Positions 1-6,644 of a DNA stretch of 12,349 bases are shown one piece after another. The notes beneath the pieces were generated by a model. It saw nothing but the letters and a program-made list of their open reading frames with translations, ran no database searches and was not told the DNA's origin. The position numbers were made by a program, and so were the translations under genes. Location of the stretch: assembly GCA_963718895.1 (NCBI GenBank), contig CAVRAG010000009.1, positions 1-12,349 of the forward strand, written 5' to 3'. Source of the DNA: an uncultured Nitrososphaerota archaeon. Lineage in GTDB: Archaea; Thermoproteota; Nitrososphaeria; Nitrososphaerales; Gagatemarchaeaceae. Position 1 is the first letter of the stretch. Each line of letters begins with the position of its first letter.

Positions 1-250
1 CCCGTAGATGAACAGGCGAAATCGCGAGGAACGGCCAGAAGACCGCGCCCCCCACTCCGCGTGCGGAGGCCGCGACAAAAGACCTTCGCCGGCGTCCCGG
101 AGTGGGAAGGCCAGTAGGAGCATAACGACGGCATACCAGAGAGAGCGTGGGGCCGATTACCTCATCCATGTTGAATAGGGCGGTGCTCGACGCGTACCCC
201 AGGTAGGAGACGGCCACGCCAGGACTGAGAAACAGAATCCCCGAAGGAGA
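1..250 (-). pseudogene. Fragmented putative membrane-protein gene running off the left edge
   Basis: The minus strand gives hydrophobic stretches in successive frames: GILFLSPGVAVSYLGYASSTALF, WYAVVMLLLAFP and FVAASARGVGGAVFWPFLAI. There is no single intact ORF and no family was recognised. Confidence 0.3.
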
Positions 251-369
251 GCGTTGCGTCCCTCGTTCGGATGACGCCGTGCACAACCACTGCGAGTTCA
301 CCCTTCAAGGGATTGATGGAGACATGGATTCAGCGCCAGAATCATCCCATCAAGAATTATCTGTCTTCA

Positions 370-755
370 TCACATCGTGACCAGCTTGACGGTCCGCATG
401 TCATCTTCCTTCCGGAATTCGTTCGTCATCGAAGCGACCTCGGGACCCAGACCTTCAAGAAGGAAGAGTTCCACTAAATTCTTGCGCAAACCCTGGCCGT
501 GGATGTGCGCCTTGATGATATCGAGGTGTAGGTGTCTGATACGACCGACAGGCTCTTCATTCTCCCTCGCGTGCGTGACGACGAGCACAGCCGCCACCTC
601 GTCGGGGAACGCGTCCCTCGCATTGACATCCTGGGAGGAGAAGCCGGACTGCGGACCTCACTAAGCCCGGACCTCCCCGCGAACCCTAAGGATTCCGAAC
701 CTCGTCCAATTCCTAAATCATCTGTTCGGGGAGTGAAGAGGCTCACGACGGGGAT
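370..755 (-). pseudogene. nikR: NikR/CopG-family (RHH + ACT-like) metal-responsive regulator, disrupted
   Basis: Stitching frames gives [I]PVVSLSLPEQMI*ELDEVRxSLGFAGRSGLVRSAVRLLLQDVNARDAFPDEVAAVLVVTHARENEEPVGRIRHLHLDIIKAHIH...VELFLLEG...VKLVTM. The expected start codon reads ATC (755-753), there is an in-frame TAG at 715-713, and frameshifts occur near 737, 693, 662 and 634. Confidence 0.8.
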
Positions 756-1244
756 TGTTCCCCGGCCTTCTGCAGCAACTTCGTGCGCCACTCCGGGAGC
801 CTGTACTCTTCGACGCGGTAGTTTGACTGGTACGGTTTGATGTCCAGGACAGGTGTGCCGTCGAGTAGTCCAACCCCGAGACGAGGAGCCGGTTTCCCTC
901 CCTCCTGAGGAGGGGGACGAGCGATAGGCCGATCGGGTTCGGACGGGTGGGCGAGTCGAGGGAGAATACGCCCACGGTCGGGAGCTCTTCTAGCTTCAGG
1001 CCCATCCACACGAATGCCTTCGGCTTCACCTTGAAGGGTCCGATTTGCTCCGGCCTGAGCTGGTTGAAGTACCCTAGTACGAAGATGTGGGAGAACCCGT
1101 CCAGCCCTTCGAGTGCCGGCTCGAACTCGGGGAATACCTCGACCGGACTCGAGCCCGGTGGCGTGGCTCCTTATCTCGTCGTTCGTCGCGCTCGTGTGCA
1201 CGACCCCGATGGGCCTGAAGACGCTTCCTTCGAGGTGAGGTCAT
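743..1244 (-). pseudogene. tsaA: TrmO/TsaA (YaeB/UPF0066) SAM-binding methyltransferase-like protein, frameshifted
   Basis: Stitched frames read FRPIGVVHT...VEVFPEFEPALEGLDGFSHIFVLGYF...VGVFSLDSPTRPNPIGLS...VSGLDY(F)DGTPVLDIKPY, which are hallmark family motifs. Frameshifts lie near 1241, 1144 and 864. Confidence 0.85.
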
Positions 1245-1647
1245 CGCCTGGTTGTCTAGTCGTCCCGTTGATGTAGGCGTCCACGACTTCTTCAGCTCTT
1301 GCAATCTTTGTCACGTACGGCTTGATTCCCATCTGAAGGATGCTGTCGTACATTGGTCGCCCCATTCCTCTTGCAACGAGCGCCTCGCAATCCCCGACGT
1401 TGGAGAGCATCTCCCCGTGGGCGTGATGCTCGCTGCCACCTTCGCGGATCGTCCCGCCGTCTGCCTGCCCCTCTCCGTGATGCTGATGCCATTTCTTCGG
1501 CCTCATCTCCCTCCCTTTGATCGCGCCGTCTCCTATCTCGAAGACTAGATAGAACTGCGCCATCCCGAAGTGGGGCGAGACCGTTTCCCCGTCGTCGGTT
1601 GCCACTCCGATCTTGACGCCGCCCGCTCCCCTCTCACTGGTAGACAA
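1171..1647 (-). CDS. NifB/NifX-family (COG1433, dinitrogenase FeMo-cofactor-binding domain-like) protein with His-rich insert
   Basis: Motifs KIGVATDDGETVSPHFGMAQFYLVFEI and DCEALVARGMGRPMY...GIKPYVT, with a HQHHG...EHHAHG insert. The natural C-terminus (NGTLDN...) appears frameshifted near 1260, so the true end is probably about 1240. Confidence 0.85.
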   Translation of the reverse strand: MSTSERGAGGVKIGVATDDGETVSPHFGMAQFYLVFEIGDGAIKGREMRPKKWHQHHGEGQADGGTIREGGSEHHAHGEMLSNVGDCEALVARGMGRPMYDSILQMGIKPYVTKIARAEEVVDAYINGTTRQPGDDLTSKEASSGPSGSCTRARRTTR

Positions 1648-2143
1648 TCGCGGCCACCTTCCTCTTCGCCTCAGTGAGTATCGTCTCTATCTTCTCCATC
1701 TTCTCCTTGTCGACGTAGTCGGCGTTCATCATGATCATCGCTTGAATGTCTCGGATGTCCCTGATGAAGTTGAACTGCCCCACCTTTCCGGCGTACTCCT
1801 GTCCTGCCTTCAGCCGGTCGACGACTTCTTCGTTCTCCTTGAGGTAGTCCTCTCCTTCCTTGGTTATCGAGTAGACCTTCTTGCCATCCTTCTCCTCAAC
1901 GACTACGAATCCCATGTCCTCATGCTCGTGCAGCGCAGGATAAACGATACCTGGGCTGACGGGACGCTGGTAGGTCCTGCCGATGTCCTGGATGAGGGCG
2001 TATCCGTGCATCGGCTTCTGGCTCAGGGCCATCAGGATGAGGAACCGGAATTCGCCGCGCCTCGCGCCGAAGCCCATGCCCATCCCGCCACCCACATGCC
2101 CTAAACCGTGGTGTCCGCTGTGGTGACTCTCGGATTTGTCCAT
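1634..2143 (-). CDS. PadR-family transcriptional regulator with His/Gly-rich N-terminus
   Basis: PadR wHTH motifs RGEFRFLILMALSQKPMHGYALIQDI, SPGIVYPAL and GKKVYSITKEG. The N-terminus reads SHHSGHHGLGH. GAGGT lies upstream of the ATG. Confidence 0.92.
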   Translation of the reverse strand: MDKSESHHSGHHGLGHVGGGMGMGFGARRGEFRFLILMALSQKPMHGYALIQDIGRTYQRPVSPGIVYPALHEHEDMGFVVVEEKDGKKVYSITKEGEDYLKENEEVVDRLKAGQEYAGKVGQFNFIRDIRDIQAMIMMNADYVDKEKMEKIETILTEAKRKVAAIVYQ

Positions 2144-2156
2144 GTTGCGACCTCAC

Positions 2157-2207
2157 ATATATCAAGAGATATGATAATAAAGGCATCTATTGATATGTTA
2201 ATTAATA
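2157..2207. promoter_or_regulatory. Divergent archaeal promoters with palindromic operator boxes
   Basis: AT-rich island containing TTTATTA (minus, 2181-2175) for padR and TTAATTAATA (plus, 2198-2207) for the 2243 ORF. ATATC-N4-GATAT lies at 2159-2172 and a degenerate copy GCATC-N4-GATAT at 2183-2196. Confidence 0.65.
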
Positions 2208-2242
2208 CCCAGTTCCACCCTCTCTGGGGGAAGTGAGAAAAA

Positions 2243-2428
2243 ATGTGTGGACACGACGAAGAATGGGGTTGCCACGGAGGGCATCACTATGCGAGAAGCC
2301 ACGGCCCTGGGCAAAGATGCTGGGAGGAGCCGGCTCCGAGGGACAGACGCGAATATCTGGAAGAGGAGAAGAGAATCCTGGAACTAAGGCTCAAGGAGCT
2401 TGAGGCCAGCATTGCAGAAACTAACTAG
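2243..2428 (+). CDS. Small His/Cys-rich protein with C-terminal coiled coil (DUF5320-like)
   Basis: MCGHDEEWGCHGGHH...EYLEEEKRILELRLKELEASI. A TATA box and GTGAG precede the ATG. Peptides of this type commonly neighbour NifB/NifX-family genes. Confidence 0.7.
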   Translation: MCGHDEEWGCHGGHHYARSHGPGQRCWEEPAPRDRREYLEEEKRILELRLKELEASIAETN

Positions 2429-2487
2429 CAGCACGTCACAGTCAATCCGACCTCTCTTCTGTCTCACAAATGGACTGTGAATCGAAA

Positions 2488-3137
2488 ATGAAGAAAGAAT
2501 CTGAGAGCGAAACGCGCACCGTCGTTGAGTCGCGGGGAATTGGTGCCCTCCAACGCCTCTCATGGACTTGACGAAGGCGTGGCGGACGGCTAAGGTTGGA
2601 GACGTGATAGAGCTTCGGGCGACCGAGTCCGATATAGAGAAAGACGTGAGGGCTTGGGCGCAGAAGAGCGGTAACAGTGTCGTTGGGGTAACACAGGAGA
2701 AGGACTACACGAAACTAGTCGTACGCATAGGGCGAGTGGTCAGGAGGAGGGGCAAGGGAATGAAGGGGATGCCGGCGGTCAAGACGAACGTTAGTAATCC
2801 CGACCAAACGAAGGTGACGCCCAAGGCGAAACTCCAGCTCTTCATCATGGGCGGTTTCCCGTTTGGACTCCGCACCCTTGAGCCCGGCTGGAGGTGGACC
2901 ACCTCGATGAAGCCGATAATGAAGACAGATACGTGCGAAGTCCGACACATCGGGTATGTCATCTCAGGTGGTATGGGTTTCTCCATGAGCGACGGCACGA
3001 AGCTGGAGGTGGGACCGGGGGACGCCTTTGACGTGCCCGAGGGTCACGACGCATGGACCTTGGGAGCGGCTCCCGTAGTCTTCATCGACCTCATTGGTGC
3101 TGCAGAGCACACGACAGCCGCCGAGAGCGCCACCTGA
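2488..3137 (+). CDS. TusA/SirA-like sulfur-carrier domain fused to a cupin domain (1-nt frameshift near 2540)
   Basis: ATG 2488 gives MKKESESETRTVVESRG, which joins WCPPTPLMDLTKAW...GDVIELRAT...DVRAWAQKSGN after restoring one base (TusA xRGxxCPxP motif). The C-terminal cupin reads LEPGWRW...CEVRHIGYVISG...GPGDAFDVPEGHDAW. Confidence 0.8.
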
Positions 3138-3310
3138 TCTCGTTACTGCACCGTCGAACGAGGAGTACTTCCTGATGACGTTCTTCGGGTTCCTCGTGGT
3201 CGGGTTCTACATCTTGGGGAAGATGGCCGAACGAACTCAAAAATGAAGGAAACTGAGGTAGCGGGCCCTACGGAGCTCGCCCTCGTATAGGTTCTGACAG
3301 CGGATTTGGT

Positions 3311-4540
3311 TCAATTGCCGTTCTTCATGCTTAGGAGAAGAAAGAGCGAAGAGAACGCCGCCACGATTGCGACAACCGAAAAGCCGAACGCGGGAGAGAT
3401 TGATACTATGAGTATCCCGATCAGCGCACTCGAGGTGAAATCGCCGACGCCATTTACGGTCTGGAGCACGCCGAACCCCGTGCCCTTGGGCGACTCGCCA
3501 AGAATCTCAGACGCGTACGTCTTTTCGACGGTGTCGACTATGGCAGATTGCAAGCCCGCCAGCACAAAAATCGTTCCAAGTACCAGATAATCCGCCGATT
3601 CGAATATTGAAGCAACGCAAGCTAATGCGAACACGAAGTAGCCAAGCGCCAGCAGGTTTCTCTTCGACACCTTGTCAGCGAGATATCCAGCGGGATAGCA
3701 TCCGACGGCGTAGATTATGTTCAGCACGACGTACAATAGAACCGCGAGTTCAGATGCTCGCGTCTGTCCCAGAGAGGGCTGGAGCACTTGTTCGGCCCTC
3801 AGGGTGAAGAATACGTTGGAGAAATTTGCGATGCCGAACAGACCCACGCTTATGAGAAGCAGCCTGAAGTTCTTGGGCAGGGTCCTAACCGTCAGTGAGA
3901 AGGACGGTGTCCGTCCCCCCAAGTCCGGCCCCTTCTTCCGCACCTCCCTGACGAATAGCAGGACGACCGCGACGCAGACCGCACCGGGGATAGCCGAGAC
4001 GAAGAAGATCTTCGAAAACGGAAGGTATGGTATCAATAGAAGGACGATGGCCGGCCCGACCACAGCTCCAAGAGAATCGAGCGCTCTTTCAAACCCGAAC
4101 GCCTTCCCGATTGAGGATGGGCTGACGGATTCGGCCATAAGCGCATCTCTCGGAGGCCCCCTGGCACCTCGCCCGATCCACGCTCCCACCCTCAGCAGGA
4201 ACACCTCTGCGAGATTTGTGGCAAAGCCTATCGCGGGAATCAGGATTCCGGTCGCGAGATAGCCAAGATACATGATTGGCAATCGCTTTCCTGACTTGTC
4301 AGAATGATAGCCGGAATACGACTTGAATAGACTTGCGAGTCCGTCAGCCGACCCTTCGATCAGTCCCACGGCCGCCGCGTTCCCACCGAGCGCGAATATC
4401 ACAAAAAAGGGCAGGATTGCGGTCGCCATCTCGTGGCTCATGTCAGAGAAAAGACTAGTGAGACCAATTCCGAGTACGTTTCTGCTCAGCCAGTTCTTGT
4501 CCGGGTCGGATTTCCCGCTGCTGGCACCATCGGTGTTCAC
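3311..4540 (-). CDS. MFS transporter (MJ1317-like subfamily)
   Basis: Multiple hydrophobic segments, with motifs SLFSDMSHEM, GYHSDKSGKR, GRGARGPPRDAL, KAFGFERALDSLGAVVGP and GYLADKVSKR. The likely start is GTG 4540 (or TTG 4543) after GTGAG, rather than 4612. Confidence 0.92.
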   Translation of the reverse strand: MNTDGASSGKSDPDKNWLSRNVLGIGLTSLFSDMSHEMATAILPFFVIFALGGNAAAVGLIEGSADGLASLFKSYSGYHSDKSGKRLPIMYLGYLATGILIPAIGFATNLAEVFLLRVGAWIGRGARGPPRDALMAESVSPSSIGKAFGFERALDSLGAVVGPAIVLLLIPYLPFSKIFFVSAIPGAVCVAVVLLFVREVRKKGPDLGGRTPSFSLTVRTLPKNFRLLLISVGLFGIANFSNVFFTLRAEQVLQPSLGQTRASELAVLLYVVLNIIYAVGCYPAGYLADKVSKRNLLALGYFVFALACVASIFESADYLVLGTIFVLAGLQSAIVDTVEKTYASEILGESPKGTGFGVLQTVNGVGDFTSSALIGILIVSISPAFGFSVVAIVAAFSSLFLLLSMKNGN

Positions 4541-4809
4541 CAATTTCTCACAGGCAGGCCTGAGAGGGTGCCCAACTGTTGTGGATGTAATAACGCTTGT
4601 ATGGCGATACAAGATGAGAAGTTACGCTTCGGCGATGGCACCTTGGGCCTCAACGTCCTGGGCTCGGTATTGATAATCGTGCAAGGTCCGCTCGAGAAGC
4701 GTCGAAGTCACGGATCCGAGGGATTCAGGCATTTCGTATCTCTTTCCGGCAGCGCTAACGCGACGGATATCGAGAGATTCGAAAACAATAGTTGGCGGCA
4801 GCGATGGAG

Positions 4810-4953
4810 TCAAGCAGTAACTTCCTTCGGTTTCGCGGTAAAGAGTCTCCTCTCTTCGTCGCTGAGGAAGTTGTAGAAAGTCATGCGCCCCTCCTACCTC
4901 ACCAGGATTCCCTGCCCTATCTTGGCGTTGACTATGGCCTTGCCGTCGCCATC
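4810..4953 (-). pseudogene. Gene remnant resembling the C-terminus of a VirB4/HerA-type ATPase
   Basis: The frame reads DGDGKAIVNAKIGQGILVR*EGRMTFYNFLSDEERRLFTAKPKEVTA*, with an internal TAG at 4896-4894. It resembles the GxGxL...SxEExxLxTxxP tail of VirB4-like ATPases (by eye only). Confidence 0.4.
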
Positions 4954-4966
4954 TCAACGAGCTCAT

Positions 4967-6278
4967 TCATGTCGGCAGCCTGACTACGACCTCAGAATCC
5001 GGCAGCTGAGCGACGTACTCCCATCCCTGGCTGACGTGCGACTTCAGCTCGCTGGCCGGGATGATTTTTTGCCTGTTCCCGTTGTTCGTCATGACTCCGA
5101 GCAATCTAAGGCGCAACAGATTTTGGAAGTCTTCATTGCTCATCTTGTTGAGGTCCAGTTTCTCAAGCTCTTCTTCCTTTGCACCTGCTGCCTAGAAGTA
5201 GCTGCTCCCTGAGAACGTTCTTCAGGTTCTGTTGGGATACTCCCTCCTGCTTCTCCGTGGACATGAGGGGTTCGCATTTCTTGTATGCTTCCCTCATCTT
5301 CTCGATTGCATCCTGAGTTATGCCCTTGTTCACGGTATATGTCGCCTCGATATCGCCTTTGTGTCCCATCCAGAACTCCCTCCAGTCCCTTATGATCAGG
5401 CCGTCTCCTTCAGCCATCATCATCCTAACATCGAAATACCTCCGCAGCACGTAGGGTCGCCAGTCGAACCCGGCCCGTCTGATCGGCTTCCGGATGATGT
5501 CTCCAATGTTAATGGAGGTGATGTGCTTGCGGCCCACGTCCTCGGGCCTGACGTACTTGCCCTTCCTCTCGTGGAACGTTATCAGAGGGGATTCGGGAAG
5601 AAGCTCCTCGCCCTTCCTCAGTCTCCATTCAAGATACTGCTGCAGGTACTGACAGCCTTCCTGTGCCAGGAACGTGAAATACTGATGTCCGGCCTTGCTC
5701 AGCGTCTTCCTCGCGATCATCATCGTCGGCGTCTTCGTTATCGTCACCTTCCCGTTCTCAATCTTGATCTCGGGTAGGTCTTTCATCTTCAGGCCGTCGT
5801 CACCCGTGTAGTTGCCGAGGACCTCGATCCTGCAACCGCCGAAGGCAACCAGAGCGCAGGCGACCTTCGCCCTCAACTCCGCAGCGTTGAGTATCTTCTT
5901 TAGCTCGTCTTGTGTCGGCGGCCGCTCATTCTCAACCTTTGTAGGCTGTGACCGCGGTATCTTGATTGCCCTGGTGATCTGGGTGTCATTCCAGGCCATC
6001 CAGCTCTTCAACGGCTTGACGATGTTGGAGATGTAGTTCCCGCTTCTGCCCTCCTTCTCGAGCGTCCCGATTACGTCTAACAGGAAATCAGTTGCTTGCT
6101 TCTGGCTCATCTTAGCGATCTTCTGAGGCGTCGTCTCGAACCGGGCACAGACGAATCCTATCCTGCGGAACCATTCTTGGGCGGTTACGAGCGACCCTCT
6201 GGTCACATTGTCGTACCATCTTCGGAAGTCCTTGTCCTCAAGCATCCCCTTGTATTTCGAGCGTCCTAGGTCCTTCAT
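4967..6278 (-). CDS. Site-specific tyrosine recombinase/integrase (archaeal); 1-nt frameshift near 5191 in the C-terminal extension
   Basis: Catalytic motifs GCRIEVL (R), RPYVLRRYF (YxxR), FWMGHKG (H) and IEATYT (Y). Removing one G at about 5191 continues the protein as AAGAKEEELEKLDL...NGNRQKIIP...QGWEYVAQLPDSEVVVRLPT, ending at TGA 4969-4967. The gene lies directly downstream of a tRNA 3' end. Confidence 0.92.
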
Positions 6279-6304
6279 CGCGCTTAGATCACGCTAGAAT
6301 CGCG

Positions 6305-6310
6305 TATAAA
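6305..6310 (-). promoter_or_regulatory. TATA box of the integrase gene (leaderless transcript)
   Basis: TTTATA ends 26 nt before the integrase ATG at 6278, matching archaeal TATA-to-TSS spacing. Confidence 0.6.
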
Positions 6311-6334
6311 CGTAACGGTTGTGAACTAAGTTGA

Positions 6335-6432
6335 TGGTGGGGCCGGTGAGATTTGAACTCACGGTCGCCTGCACTTTGGCCCGCTACCGGGCCCCCAAGC
6401 AGGAATCTTGACCATACCTAGACTACGGCCCT
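6335..6432 (-). tRNA. tRNA-Pro(GGG) with 19-nt intron at canonical 37/38 and encoded CCA
   Basis: Cloverleaf: acceptor (A)GGGCCG/CGGCCCC, D stem GTCT/AGAT, anticodon stem CCTGC/GCAGG with TT-GGG-G, T arm GTGAG-TTCAAAT-CTCAC, then A73 and CCA. Confidence 0.95.
6374..6392 (-). other. tRNA intron forming a strict bulge-helix-bulge motif
   Basis: Intron sequence GCCCGGTAGCGGGCCAAAG. The central helix is TTGG/CCAA, the 3-nt bulges are GG^G and AG^T, and the flanking helix is CCCG/CGGG with a GTAG loop. Confidence 0.9.
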
Positions 6433-6644
6433 AGTATGCGGGGCCTTTACGACACGGGTTCTTGTTCTTTTCTGATGAGATTGACACCATAGATCGCCGC
6501 CGGCTTGGGCCTGGGGTGCGGTGGAGGATTGAGTAGAGGCATCGTCGACAGAGATGGTATCGGAACGCCCAGTGCACCAAGGAACGAATCCGTCGTTTAC
6601 AGGCACAGGTCTTAGTAACCCTGAGCGCATCCACTCCGATCACC

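Larger units (their letters stand above)
1..6345. mobile_element. Probable tRNA-Pro-integrated element or genomic island (left boundary not identified)
   Basis: The integrase starts 56 nt from the tRNA CCA end, accessory and decayed cargo lies on that side, and housekeeping genes lie on the other. No convincing second att repeat was found in the window. Confidence 0.6.

Noticed and set aside
147-155. GTGGGGCCG matching the tRNA 3' end (6337-6345) as a possible second att site
   Set aside because: The match is only 9 nt, GC-rich, does not extend into the T arm, and lies within apparent coding remnants. It is compatible with chance.
1171-1647. NifB/NifX-like gene as evidence of nitrogen fixation
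   Set aside because: COG1433 proteins are widespread in non-diazotrophs, and there are no nifHDK genes in the window.
4620-4830. GGCGATGG / GCGATGGAGT resembling the start of a fluoride riboswitch near the MFS gene
   Set aside because: Both are on the strand opposite the MFS gene and lack the downstream pairing and the GCTRATG element.
4622-4966. 114-aa ORF starting right after the integrase stop
   Set aside because: It has no recognisable motifs, and a different frame (4953-4810) looks more protein-like.
5185-5195. Programmed ribosomal frameshifting as the explanation for the split integrase and other genes
   Set aside because: There is no slippery heptamer at the junctions, and the indels vary in direction and affect unrelated genes.
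6472-6532. CTGATGA...TTGA as a possible C/D-box sRNA
   Set aside because: The D box is non-canonical, and there are no clear C'/D' boxes or guide targets.
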